From Eledone cirrhosa (lineage: Eukaryota), in the NCBI GenBank assembly GCA_964016885.1, contig OZ024744.1, positions 66,030,001-66,094,000 of the forward strand: a stretch of 64,000 bases of DNA, written 5' to 3'. This document shows positions 1 through 13,829 of this stretch, piece by piece. A program made the position numbers and the translations under genes. The notes under the pieces were generated by a model. It made no database searches, had not been told where the DNA came from, and worked only from the letters and a program-made list of their open reading frames with translations. The stretch's first letter is position 1; the number at the start of each line of letters is the position of its first letter.

Positions 1-969
1 ATTGTATTGCCTGAAAGTAAAATAACTTTCTTCTTAAGATATATATAGACGTCAACGTTTTTTGAAAATCAATCGTAACAGTCACAATCTTGTTTTTAAG
101 CTTACAACCACGAATCGGTTATGACGGTGAATTGGCAGTCGTTAGAGCATGATAGAAAATACCTTATGGTATTTGTTTCATTTCACTGCACTCTGAATTC
201 AGATCCAACTTCTGTCAATTTTCCTTTTATCTTTTCGGGGTCGATAAAATCAAGTCCCAGTCCAGTGAGATTGATTTGCAGAATTGTTAGAGTATCAGAC
301 AAAATGTCTTCCAGATATTTGCATTCTATCCTCTTGTGCGGTAGATGTAATCCACCGCTCTGTTTGAGTTGTAGAAATAATCACCACCTGGTACTTGGGT
401 ATATTTAGCAGAGGACACTATTGAAAGAAATTAAACCAGTTTTTTTTTGGTTTAAGGATAACTTTTTCCCTTCCTTCCACCATTGAGGCCCTGAAAAAAA
501 AAGTTATGGGTGTATCTCTCACCACGCTGACTAACATTGGAAAGGAAAGGTAAATGATACCCGATGAGAATTTAATAAAAGACGAAACTAATTGGTACGA
601 TTTTCATTACAAAATGCCAAAAATCACCATATGGCTTAACAATGGGACCTCATCATTTATTCATTTTGTCACTCTGGTACAGCTTGGCAGTAGTGTTGTT
701 ACAACTTATTTCCCACTTAGCTGATTGGACTGGAGCAATGGATATTCTCAGTCCGAGAATCAAACACTTGACCTTACGATCATGAACCAAATACTTGCAT
801 TTTCACGGAGTAGAATTTTATCGACCCCCAATATTCGATTGGTACTTTATTTCCTCGAATCCGGAATGACAGGACAGGAGGCAAATCTGACCCAAGCGGA
901 ATTTAAACAAATTTTAAACGTAAATTGCTGGTGAGTACAATCGTTTGGATAAAATCCAGTACTTGACCG

Positions 970-1224
970 AGTCTAAAGTCTGTCTCCAGCCTGGAGACTC
1001 GTCAGGCCGGTTGCTTATGCTGGTTACTGCGGCGTGAAGCGATTGAGAATATATAACTCTTCCCTGGACAGGTCGCTAGTCCATCGCAGGGTTAAACCTC
1101 CGGCTATTACTAGTACTCATTTTCAGCTTAGTATACTGGAGCAACACACAACCCAGTCAAGGAATCGAACCCATGACGTTATGATCGTAGCTCCAACACC
1201 CTTACCATTAGGCCACGCGCCTCC
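970..1224 (-). mobile_element. tRNA-derived SINE family B
   Basis: Head ggaggcgcgtggcctaatggtaagg...ggttcgattcc with A and B boxes. Confidence 0.7.
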
Positions 1225-1348
1225 TTCAATACATGACTGGTACTTATCTTATCGACCTCGGCAGGAATTTGAGTTCGTTATGTAAATGCCTATAACAACA
1301 ACGAAAACAAGAAGAGCTAGAACCAGAAGGATGATGCAATGTGTTTAT

Positions 1349-1363
1349 CACCACCACCACTAT

Positions 1364-1399
<36 letters not shown>

Positions 1400-1504
1400 C
1401 ATCACCAACACCACCACTATACTACTACCATCACCACCACCACTACTACCACTACCACTACTACTACCACCACCACCCCTACTACTACCATCACCACCAC
1501 CACC

Positions 1505-1591
<87 letters not shown>

Positions 1592-1592
1592 A
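1349..1592. repeat. Compound trinucleotide microsatellite (CAC/TAC/TGC)
   Basis: Visible directly. Confidence 0.95.
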
Positions 1593-2499
1593 CTTATTCG
1601 ATATATACTATGGGTTGGTAGTCGAAGGAAACAGTTAAGCATTACCTAGAGCAGTCATGAGTAAACTGTGGCCCGTTTGGCTTTCTGAATGTCACGCCTA
1701 ATTTCAAAATTGTCTTTGAAGAACCACATACTATGAGGTCCACTGCTCGAGAGTTGTGGCCCATGCTCTCCACCTGACAGTTCTTTTTAAGGTATTTGCG
1801 ACGTTGCATGCTTCGGATGCTTGCTGTGTGAGGATTGAGCTTTGGTTTCAAGTCTGTCTATCTGTAACCCGTACAGCTACGTTTCATCTCTATTTATCAT
1901 GATACTCAGGAATTCAGCTTCCTTGTTAGCAGTATCGGGCGAAATGAAAATGCGACGAGTAATAAGGGCGGTGGAAGCATTTCTGATATTGTAGGGTGGG
2001 GTGTAAATTTGTTCTATTTTATTGTAGTGATTAGTTTAGCGTCTTTGCATTCTAAAATGGTAAAAAAAAAAATAAAAAATAAAAATTCGATATGCGATAA
2101 ACAACATGTACATAAATTGTAGCACATATACAAATAGATGTGTGTTTTGGTAGTTTGGTGGGGGGAAATATATGATTATTGGGGGGTAAATAGTACGGCA
2201 CCTTAAACGCTACGTTAGCTTCCTGATGCACCCAGCAAACTCGCCAAAAAAAAAAAAAAAAAAAAAAATACTACGCTTGAGCATGAACCAATGCAGCTTC
2301 GATGTGCATACTTTTATCTCCCGAAAGGTATTACTTCATTACTTCTCATATCACCCCCCCCCCCCCCACACACACAGATACTACTCGTCGCCCCTCGGAC
2401 TGAGTGTTGTACAGACTTTGGATATAAACTTTTTACAAAATTCACTACACTATCTATCTATACATACATTTTTCCTTTCCCCCATATAACTCCACTCAG

Positions 2500-2542
2500 A
2501 CCGAGCTGAAGATCCGCCTAAGGTGAAACATTTGTTCTCGGT
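2500..2542 (+). ncRNA. Minimal hammerhead motif in a PLE-terminus remnant
   Basis: accgag-CTGAAGA-tccgcctaaggt-GAAA-catttg-TT-ctcggt; perfect 6-bp stem I. Confidence 0.65.
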
Positions 2543-2761
2543 ATGGTTAACTAACTGTTGTGTTACAACTTCTCTCTCTCTCTGTATATATATATATACA
2601 ATAATAATAAATGTGAAGACTAAAATCTGAATAAGGCTCGATAAGGATTATATATACATATATATAGGAAAAAATTAAATATAAAAAAACCTGTAGAGCA
2701 AATATTTATAAGTACAAATTAAAGTTTAATCAGCGATTTTTTTTGTTCAAACTTTAATCTG

Positions 2762-2853
2762 TACATATTTTATATACATATATATATATATATTATATAT
2801 ATATATATATTTTATATATATATATATATATATATTTTATATATATATATATA

Positions 2854-2896
<43 letters not shown>

Positions 2897-2966
2897 ATAT
2901 ATATATATATCTATTTTATATATATATATATATTTTATATATATATATATATTTTATATATATATA

Positions 2967-3009
<43 letters not shown>

Positions 3010-3219
3010 TTTTATATATATATATATAGATTTTACATATTTATATATATTTTATATATATATATATATATATAGATTTTATATATATATAGAGAGATTT
3101 TACATATATATATATATATAGAGATTTTATATATATATATTTTATATATATATATTTTATATATATATATTTTATATATATATATTTATATATATATATA
3201 TATTTTATATTTATATATA

Positions 3220-3253
<34 letters not shown>

Positions 3254-3492
3254 TTGATATATATATATATATATTTTATATATATATATATATATTTTAT
3301 ATATATATATTTTATATATATATATATTTTATATATATATATATTTTATATATATATATATTTTATATATATATATATATATTTTATATATATATATATA
3401 TTTTATATATATATATTTTATATATATATATATATATTTTATATATATATATATTTATATATATATATATATATTTTATATATATATATATT

Positions 3493-3532
<40 letters not shown>

Positions 3533-3533
3533 T

Positions 3534-3569
<36 letters not shown>

Positions 3570-3570
3570 T

Positions 3571-3629
<59 letters not shown>

Positions 3630-3688
3630 CATACTACTGTACGTCCGTATACATATATGTATGTACGTATACAAACTTATATATATAA

Positions 3689-3719
<31 letters not shown>

Positions 3720-3880
3720 GAGATAAGTATATATATATATAAGTATATATATATATAAGTATATATATATATAAGTATATGTATATATATAAGTATATAT
3801 ATGTATATATATAAGTATATATATGTATATATATATATATATATATAAGTATGTATATATATATATATATATATAAGTAT
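2762..3880. repeat. Long degenerate (TA)n array
   Basis: Visible directly; similar blocks at 13196-13825, 22585-23280, 23660-24005, 26950-27530. Confidence 0.95.
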
Positions 3881-4452
3881 GTATACGTACATACATATAT
3901 GTATACGGACGTACAGTAGTATGTTTATATATATATATGTACGTATGGGTTTACCGACCATTTATTATAATGTTCGGTTTGTTTGTAAACAAACAGCCCG
4001 AATTAAGCCGTACAGTGTTCGGCAACCATCGTTGCCCTTTTGTTCAACACTGACAAAGGAACGATGTACTAGTTTTAAGTTTAATAGCTATCGTCAGCAT
4101 CGTATACCTTCCTGCCAGATGGTTGAACGTTTGAAAGTATATACTTACCTTATGCATATTAACGGCTGAGCAGCCTAATTTGTATATCGAGTGAGTTAGT
4201 CGGCCGGGCGTACCGAAAACGATAAAAGGACGGCTTAATTCGGGCTGTTTGTTTACAAACAAACCGAACATTATAATAAATGTTCGGTAAACCCATACGT
4301 GCATATATATATATGTGTGTGCATGTATGTATATATATATACATACTACTGTACGTCTGTATACATATATGTATGTACGTATACATACATACATACTTAC
4401 ATTTAAGTAACGGCCGTACTAAGAGTGAGAAATGAAATTTCATTTTTTTCCA
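3880..4452. mobile_element. Second copy of the long-TIR fold-back element
   Basis: Reverse-oriented homolog of 12091-12708, embedded in (TA)n. Confidence 0.7.
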
Positions 4453-4676
4453 TTTATATATATATATATAAATGTGAGAAAAACCCCAGACCCTCCATCT
4501 CAACTCACCTTTTGAAAAGCAGAAGAACTTCGAAACCGGTAAAGGAACCAAATAAATATATATATTTAAAAAAAAAATAAGACTTCAGTTGCATTTTCGA
4601 TTTCATCTCTTTTTCTTTATACTTTCACTCGTGTAGGACACCTCGGTTATTTTTCATTTTGTAAAAAAAACCTCAC

Positions 4677-4742
<66 letters not shown>

Positions 4743-4881
4743 GTGTGTGTGTGTGCGTGTAAGAGAGAGAGAGAGAGAGTCCTGGGTTCAATCGGAAGTA
4801 ACTACAGTAAGTAAGATACTCAATACATTAGTAGAGTATATACGGGCTTAAGATATAAACTTTTAACGAAATTCACTACAC

Positions 4882-4917
<36 letters not shown>

Positions 4918-5723
4918 GGAAAATGTTCAAGAATCCGACGGCAGAGCTCACGTGGTTTCGACGGCTATTTCTGGACCGGAATTTCTCCCCGGTCCAGAAA
5001 TAGCCGTCGAAACAGCGTGAGCTCTGCCGTCGGGTTCTTGAACATTTTCCTCTTACCCACTCTACTACCCTAAGTATTGAGTACTCTTGTATGTTTTGGT
5101 CCACCTGGTTCCTTACCACACTTCCTTCGTTATATATATATATATATTATATTCCAGTCCAATAAACTGTTGAGTGCTACTTATCCGATATTTGCATTGC
5201 TTTATTGTGCTACAATAAAACTCACCTCCTACATATATATATTTGGGAAAGTAAAAACAACACAGGAGTACAACTTACGAAAAAAAAAAAATATATATAT
5301 ATACAGAGAGAGAGAGAAAGGGGGGGGGGGGATTAATTGTTGTTACAATACTTTTTTAATACTTCATACAAATGGAGGCTACCTTTTGCACGGGGAGAGT
5401 AACTCTTTGATAAATACTATTTATTTTTAAATTTTCCGCACCGATAAATCGTTTCTTTCTCTCTCCACCCCACCCCTACACACTTTTTTTTAAAACCATT
5501 TATTTCAAGGCGGAATTTTCAATTGTTTGCAATAAATATCATTTAGTTTTTCTTAGTGATCAAAAGAGAATTCTTTATTTGAACATGAAATTCATTTTGA
5601 GTGATTGAATGAATGAATGAGTAACTACATGAATGAATGACTATAAAATAATTAGAAAAACACTACAAATATTTAAAAACTGAGACAGAATGTCTGCAGT
5701 GTAGCACATCGTAAAAGAAAGAG

Positions 5724-5774
<51 letters not shown>

Positions 5775-6244
5775 GAGAAAGAAAGAGAGAGAGAGAGAAA
5801 GCGAGAACGAAAGAAAGAAAGAAAAAGAGAGAAAGAAATAGAGAAAGAGAGAAAGAAAGTAAAAAAGAAAGAGAGAAAGAAAGAAAGAAGAGAAAAAGTT
5901 TAATTTGTTGTTATTGCTCAGCTCCAGATCAGCCGCGGTTGAACAGATCTATGATCAAAGGCATTCCATCTATGGCCAACTCGTCTTTTTTTAGGATTTT
6001 TTAGGATTACATTAGCAAATGTGTACTTGCTTTTTTGTTTTTTGATTGTTTTTCTTTAAGATGTTGGTGGTATTTGTGTCTGTGTATGTGTGTGTATGTG
6101 TGTGGTGATTTGAGAGAGCGTTAGCTGCTATTTCTAGCTGGTTGAATGACCATGTAGTGGCACCTTCGTTAGTTCATGTAAATGAATGGTAATTGAATTG
6201 GAAGACAGAATATGAAGTAAATGATGTGTGTAAGATTAAAAGTA

Positions 6245-6414
6245 CCGCATTTCCCGGCGCCGAAGACGCTTCGTCTTCGAGGACGCACCCTAATTTTGAC
6301 AACAAAAATTTGAAAAAAAAAAATAATAAACCACCTTCGGCCTCCAGGGCGCATGGTAGATTTTTTAGACTTATTTTAGGGAAAAAGTAGCGTCTTCGAC
6401 GCCGGGAAATACAA
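6245..6414. mobile_element. Tc1/mariner-pogo-type MITE
   Basis: ~25-bp imperfect TIR ccgcatttcccggcgccgaagacgc with TA on both sides; second copy at 42145-42302 splits a SINE. Confidence 0.75.
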
Positions 6415-6524
6415 TAATTCTCATATGCAAACGAAACGAAATACAGGTGCAGTAAATATAGACTCAAAATATTTGAGCGATCTATCCAAGCAACAACTTA
6501 TCAATTTAGCTATTTTAGTTTTAC

Positions 6525-7050
6525 TTGGAGACTAAATACTATCTGTCCTCCTTCAAAAACGAAGGAGAGGCGGTTTTCCTTTGTGTGATAGCTATGGCGA
6601 AAGAGGTTGTATGGTGGACAAGGTTGAAAGGGCTGAGGTCAGACACCTTTCTCTCCGGCCAACAACTGATTCTTTTTTTCAAATACCACTTTGGAAGAAG
6701 AATCAGGATGGAGAGAGAGGTGCTGTACCCCAGCAAGTTTTATGAAAGGTGGGTGAAAGTGGCGAGAATGGCCCGAGTGAATGGGCCTTCTCTCTATATC
6801 AGCCTGTAGATTGAGGAAAAGGAGGAGGAGAGGAAAGGAGTACAAGCTCTTCGTACTCCTGGAGATGAGGGTTGCACATTTTTTTTCGGGGGTATGTGTT
6901 ACCCATATAAACTGTCTCCCTCTATTGAGGAAAATCGACTAACTTTTAAATTCCATCTGTGATAACATTTTACACGTTTTTATTGTATGTAAACTTCCCC
7001 CTTTGTATTTGTCCCCTTCTTTTGTGCCCCTGTGGCTAATAAAGAAATAT
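6525..7050 (+). mobile_element. 3' end of a Tx1/L1-clade LINE
   Basis: AMAKEVVWWTR...FFKYHFGRRIRMEREVL...FYERW resembles a Tx1 ORF2 C-terminus; 3' UTR ends with AATAAA. Confidence 0.6.
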
Positions 7051-7343
7051 ATCTATAGATAGATGGCTTAATGGTTAGAGTTGGATTCGCAAGGTTACGA
7101 GTTCAATTCCCAGATCGCGTGATGCGTTACGTCCTTGACGTTTATTTCACGTTGCTCTTTCGTCCAGGAGTTGCGACTGGTAGATAGTATCAGCAATGGA
7201 AAAACCAATAGAAACATCGTTTCCTTGATCCAATTTGACGAGGACAACCCACTCGGCAAGCGAATGAGGTCTGGGATCTTGTCGATCGATCAGAACGATC
7301 TATTTATTTATTTATTTTTATTTACTGGGAGAGGGGCAGTGAC

Positions 7344-7530
7344 TAATAATTGTTTCTACTTTTGGCACAAGGCCAGCAATAATCCAGTACATTACTGGTA
7401 CTTTATTTTATCGACCCCGTAAGGATGAAATGCAAAGTTAACCTCGGCGGGATTTGAATTCAGATCATAAAGGGCCATGACTCTATGATCCAAAGCATGG
7501 CGTCTGACCCTCTACCGATACTGCGAATCC
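7344..7530 (-). mobile_element. SINE family A
   Basis: Reverse complement of the same consensus. Confidence 0.8.
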
Positions 7531-7967
7531 TTCGTGCACCCTACCAGACCAGACCAGATCAGACCAGGAAAAGACTGATGTTGATGTTCCGCTTAAACAG
7601 TTTGAAACCAAAGATGTAAGCAAAGAGAGAATTCCAGAAGGCTGACGTTCTTGGAAGAAGAAAAGAAAAAATGGACACAGCGGTTAGTGCTGGCCTGGCA
7701 GAGAAAGGTGGGGGTTGTACACATGAGTGATGAAAGACTAGTGAGTTGGGGCTGTTAAGGACAGAAACTATTGTAGTTGCAGTAGAAATGGTAAAGATAG
7801 CACTTCCGTAGGCCAGAGGTTTCTGAGCAAGATAGACTGGGCATAGTAGTTAGAGCTTTGCCAGGTGAATGGCAGGGACTCAACATGGGTAAAGATAAGA
7901 AGAGTGAGATGGGAAAATCAAAAGTGTCTATATGATTAATGGTATTGTAGTAGCAGTAGAATGGCTG

Positions 7968-7998
<31 letters not shown>

Positions 7999-8014
7999 GA
8001 GGGAGAGAGAGAGA

Positions 8015-8057
<43 letters not shown>

Positions 8058-8534
8058 CAGCATGTCTGTGGGCCAGAGATTTCTGAGCAGAAAGGACTGG
8101 GCATATAGTTAGAGCCTCGCTAGGGAAGTGGCATGGACTCAACACCACTTCACAGGGCTCACACTTGCGGGTAGCCAACTCCGTTCTGATAGCAGTGAGA
8201 AGCGATATGCTCCTGGAGGACAAAAAAACGCCGGATGTCTCCTACCTAGGTTCTTTCAAAGTTCTTTTTAAAAGTCCCAAATAAGCCCCATGACGAATTT
8301 AGTTCAATTTAATTCAATTTTTGTATCAGGCTGAGATTGTGTTACTTTCATGTGAGTTTGATAAAATGGGAACGAGTCGTAAACTGGAGTTGATCTAATC
8401 CATTGACTTCATTTCATAACAATTCCATTTCCTTACTTTACGTTGAAGCTAGAAATCAATATCTGAGGATCTAATAAAAGACGAAAGTTCCACCAACATA
8501 TTCCCCCCCCCCTCTCTCTCTCTCCCTAGTATTC

Positions 8535-9434
8535 CTGTCCCATCGCCGCCACCACTACCAACAGCAGCACCACCACCACCAGCACCGCCATCACCATCAA
8601 CATTACCAGTAGCAGCAGAACTACCACCACCACCACCACCACCACCACCACCAGTACCAACACCTCCATAATCACCATCACCATCACCACACCACCACAA
8701 CTACCAATACCACCATAATCAGCACCAGCACCAGCACCACCAACACCACACCACATTAATCAGCACCACCACCACTACCATCACCACCACCGATATCACT
8801 ACCACCAGCACCACCATCGCACCACTACCACCATAATCACCACTACCACTACCACCACCACCACCACTACCACCAGCACCTCCATAATCACCATCAGCAC
8901 CACCACCACCGACACCACTACCACCAGCACCACCACCACCACCACCGACACCACTACCCCAGCACCACCATAATCACCACTACCACCACCACCACCGACA
9001 CCACCATAATCACCAGCACCACCACCGACTCCACTACCACCAGCACCTCCATAATCACCATCAGCACCACCACCACCACCACCACCGACACCACTACCAT
9101 CAGCACCACCATAACCTCCACCACCACCACCGACACCACTACCACCATAATCACCATCAGCACCACCACCACCACCACCACCACCGACACCACTACCACC
9201 AGCACCACCATAACCACCACCACCACCACCACCGACACCACTACCACCAGCACCACCATAACCACCACCACCACCACCACCACCGACACCACTACCACCA
9301 CCACCGACACCACTACCACCAGCACCACCACTACCACCACCACCACCACCACCACCACCGACACCACTACCACCAGCACCACCATCATAAGCATCAGCAG
9401 CAGCACTACCAACATCATCAGCAGCAGCAATGCT

Positions 9435-9467
<33 letters not shown>

Positions 9468-9470
9468 ACC

Positions 9471-9502
<32 letters not shown>

Positions 9503-9512
9503 CAACGACGAC
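8535..9512. repeat. (CAC/CCA)n-derived minisatellite
   Basis: Visible directly, with ~40-bp higher-order units. Confidence 0.9.
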
Positions 9513-9739
9513 ATTCACTGTAAGAACTGATGTGATGTTAAGATATGATACGTGATAAGTTTTAATATTTTAGCCGTAGCAGACGACCATGATTCGGTTG
9601 TCAAATAAATATATTTGAATTTATTAAAGTATTCAGAAGTAGAATTCATTGAAGAACACAACAGATCAATGTATAGACTAACACAACACAAACAACACAA
9701 ACTTGCAATATAACCACAATGAAGATGGCGTTGTCAATA

Positions 9740-10880
9740 GAGGTGATGGTGGAGGTGGTGGTGATGGCGGTTGGGGTAGTGGTGCTGGTGGTGGTGGTGA
9801 TGGTGGTGTTGGTGGTGTTGGTGATGGTGGTGTTGGTGGTGGTGGTGGTTGTGGTGGTGATGGTAGTGCTGGTGTTGGTAGTGATGATGGTGGTTGTGGT
9901 GTTGGTGATGGCGGTGGTGGTGGTGGTGGTAGTGGTGGTGGTGATGGTGGTGTTGGTGTGTTGGTGGTGTTGGTGATGGTAGTGTTGGTGATGGTGGTGG
10001 TGTTGGTGGTGGTGATGGTGGTTGTGGTAGTGGTGCTGGTGGTGGTGGTGATGGTGGTGTTGGTGGTGGTGGTGGTTGTGGTGTTGGTGGTGGTTGTGGT
10101 GTTTGTTGTGGTGGTGATGGTAGTGCTGGTGTTGGTGGTTGTGGTGGTGGTGGTGGTTGTGGTGGTGGTAGTGATGGTTGTGGTTTTGGTGATGTTGGTG
10201 GTGTTGGTGATGGTAGTGGTGGTGTTGATTGTAGTGGTGTTGGTTGTGGTGCTGATGGTGGTGGTGCTGGTGTTGCTGATGGTGGTGGTGGTGGTGGTGT
10301 TGGTGGTGGTGGTGGTGTTGGTGATGGTGGTGGTGGTGATGGTGGTGTTGGTGATGGTGGTGATGGTGGTGTTGGTGATGGTGTTGGTGGTGGTGGTGGT
10401 GGTGGTAGTGATGGTGGTGGTTTTGGTGAAGATAATGATGATGACTATGATGGCGATGGTAGTAGCGGTGGTGGTGATGGTGGTGATGACGATGGTGGTG
10501 ATGACGGTGGTGGTGAAGATGATGTCGATGATGATAAGGTTGATGGAAATGTCCATAATGACAATGAAGGTGATGAAGGTGATGATAATGTTGATGATGA
10601 ACGTGACAATGGTAATGATAAAGTTATTGAGGCTGCTGCTGCTACTGCTGCTGCTGCTGCTGCTGAGGATGATGACGATAAAGATAAGAATGATGATTGT
10701 GATGGTGATGATGATGATGATGATGATGATGACGATTGTGATGGTGATAACGATGATAATGATGATGATGATTGTGATGGTGATAACGATGATAATGATG
10801 ATGATGATTGTGATGGTGATAACGATGATAATGATGATGATGATTGTGATGGTGATAACGATGATAATGATGATGATGAT
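9740..10880. repeat. (GGT)n grading into (GAT)n, ending in four 36-bp units
   Basis: Visible directly. Confidence 0.9.
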
Positions 10881-10907
10881 TGTACAGTGTACTACATATA
10901 CACACAC

Positions 10908-10954
<47 letters not shown>

Positions 10955-10992
10955 TGTGTACAGTGTATAAATCTATTTTAATTTCTACTTGC

Positions 10993-11202
10993 CAGCGAAT
11001 CGTCTTGCGGAAAAACTGCGTCAAAAGCGAACGTCTTCGGAGCAACGATGCCTGTTCTTCTATGAGCAGCTGACACGTACCCACTTGTTGAAGGGTCATG
11101 GAGAGTTATCTGTTTCTTGCGAGCATCAACAGAGAGAATCAGAGAACCGTGATCTCCATTGCTTCCGTTAGGGGGTGAAAATATTCGCACCATAACTTTG
11201 AC
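10993..11202 (-). CDS. KIF26: Internal exon of a KIF26-family kinesin, start of the motor domain
   Basis: Translates VKVMVRIFSPPNGSNGDHGSLILSVDARKKQITLHDPSTSGYVSAAHRRTGIVAPKTFAFDAVFPQDDSL, matching the KIF26A/B pattern VKVMLRI...VDxRKKQITLxDP...PKxFAFDAVFPQD. Polypyrimidine acceptor ttttctttctgtag precedes it; donor is CTG|GCAAGT; 210 bp, phase 0-0. Confidence 0.9.
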
Positions 11203-11269
11203 CTACAGAAAGAAAAAAAAAAAAAAAATGAAAAAATAAAAAATAAGATAAGAAAACATTACAGCAATA

Positions 11270-11756
11270 CTACGGGACGAAACATGATAATTTCAGTGAT
11301 GATGTTACAGGTGTGTGACGAAAGAACTCTGAGAGACGATATTTATATCAATATTTTTTAACTGTTGGTCAATCAATGATAAACATTGATTACCAGCTGA
11401 ATTAATTACAGGAATATAAAATATAGAATATACTGAAGCGAAAACCAGCCCGGACGAAACACTGAGTGCGTTTTATTATATATTTCTGGCAATATTATAA
11501 CAACATAGGGCGGTGGATTGGCAGTATCGGTACAGGGTCGGATGCCATGCTTTGCAGCATAGTGTTACGGTCCTGAGTTCAAATCCCGCCGAGGTTAACT
11601 TTGCCTTTCATCCTTACGGGGTCGATAAAACAAAGTACCAATCACGCACTGAGGTCGATTTATTCGACTTTCCCCTCCCCCAAAATTGCTGGCCTTGTGC
11701 CTATATAAGAAACCAATATTATAACAACGTGACCCTCCCCAAATATAACAAAATAA
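11270..11756 (+). mobile_element. Solo PLE terminal remnant interrupted by a SINE (11508-11716)
   Basis: Similar to 15860-16097; another solo copy at ~54480-54745. Confidence 0.7.
11508..11716 (+). mobile_element. tRNA-derived SINE family A (Meta-domain-like core)
   Basis: B box gagttcaaatcc, core gcctttcatccttacggggtcgataaaa, tail aattgctggccttgtgcc. Confidence 0.85.
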
Positions 11757-12090
11757 CTGTAAAAAAAAAAAAAACGATTTTATTCGTTTGTTGTTTTTAC
11801 ATTAGTATGAAGTAACACATATGTTGTAGAGGGCTTCAGTCGAATCAATAGACTCCATTTAAAGCTGTTACTTGTTGTATCTATCCCGAAGGAATAATAG
11901 AGACGAAAACAACGAGAGCGGGATATGAACTGAAAATGGGCAAAAAACAGCTTATATAATTAATTGATCACACCGATCGACAGTCGATCGACTTTTCGGC
12001 AGTAAATACTTTCCTTATGCATATTAACGGCTGAGCAGCCTAATTTGCATATCGAGTGAGTTAGTCGGCCGGGCGTACCGAAAACGATAA

Positions 12091-12708
12091 ATGGAAAAAT
12101 GAAATTTCATTTCTCACTCTTAGTACGGGTGATACTTAAATGTAAGTATGTATACGTACATACATATATGTATACAGACGTACAGTAGTATGTATATATA
12201 TATATACATGCACACCTATATATATGTACGTATGGGTTTACCGAAACATTTATTATAATGTTCGGTTTGTTTGTAAACAAACAACCCGAATTAAGCCGTA
12301 CATTTATCGTTTTCGGTACACCCGGCCGACTAACTCACTCGATATGCAAATTAGGCTGCTCAGCCGTTAATATGCATAAGGAAAGTATATACTTTCAAAC
12401 GTTCAATAGACTGACAGGAAGGTATACGATGTTGATGACAGCTAATAAGCTAGAAACAAGTTCATTGTTCCTTTGTCAGTGTTGAACAAAGGGGCGACGA
12501 TGGTTGCCGAACACTGTACGGCTCAATTCGGGCTGTTTGTTTACAAACAAACCGAACATTATAATAAATGTTCGGTAAACCCATACGTACATATATATAT
12601 GTGTGCATGTATGTATATATATAGATACTACTGTACGTCTGTATACATATATGTATGTACAAAGTATCAGCCGCACTAAGAGTGAGAAATGAAATTTCAT
12701 TTTTTCCA
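12091..12708. mobile_element. Fold-back non-autonomous DNA element with ~210-bp TIRs (MULE-like)
   Basis: Termini ggaaaaatgaaatttcatttctcactcttagt and its reverse complement; copies at ~3880-4452, ~23285-23648, ~24900-25050. Confidence 0.7.
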
Positions 12709-12731
12709 TACACACACATATATATATGCAC

Positions 12732-12805
<74 letters not shown>

Positions 12806-13191
12806 AATATATCTACTAACATAAGCGCACAGATGTACGCCAATGCCAGCAAATACACAGGTTATGTCATAGTACCTAGGTGGTTCAATGCAGGAGGATG
12901 CAGAACAATAGGCCATTGACCAGTGGCAGCGAGAATTTTCAGTGCTTGGAATCCAGTCCCCGATACCTGTTCCATTTACCGAATTATTATTATTTTTATA
13001 TGAGTCCCCAGTGTCCGCGCATTGCCTGGAGACTTGGCTGAGAATAGACCTCCCTGATGACGCAATGAAATTCTCAACAGTTCATTACGTAACTGTCTTT
13101 ATCCCATTGCAGAAACTAATTAGTTTGAGTGAAAATTTAAGTAAGTAAGTTAATTTTTTAAAATTTTTTTAAAAATTTTTCTTATTTTACG

Positions 13192-13310
<119 letters not shown>

Positions 13311-13528
13311 TATATATATGCACATATATATATATGCACATATATATATGCATATATATATATGCATATATATATGCACATATATATATATATATATATA
13401 TATATGCATATATATATGCTCATATATATATATATATATATGCATATGCATATATATTTGTGTGTGTGTATATATATATATGCATATATATATATGCATA
13501 TATATTTGTGTGCGTGTGTATATATATA

Positions 13529-13570
<42 letters not shown>

Positions 13571-13594
13571 TATATATATATATGCATATATATT

Positions 13595-13627
<33 letters not shown>

Positions 13628-13688
13628 GCATATATATTTGTGTGTGTCTGTGTGTATATATATATATATATATATATGCATATATATT

Positions 13689-13818
<130 letters not shown>

Positions 13819-13829
13819 TATGCGTATAT

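Noticed and set aside
1-26. Minus-strand acceptor-like ttttactttcag as the next KIF26 exon
   Set aside because: Only 10 nt are visible and the phase-0 reading (AIQ) does not match the expected xEVC/xEIC continuation.
8799-9518. Gly-rich ORF with GGYGGAGGSGV repeats resembling a structural protein
   Set aside because: It arises from a (GGT)n-derived minisatellite open in several frames, with no credible signal peptide or splice context. RNA-seq would be needed to rescue it.
13047-13132. CTGATGA-gcaatg...cattgc-GAAA-ctaattag-TT possible hammerhead
   Set aside because: Stem I is largely mismatched; too degenerate to call.
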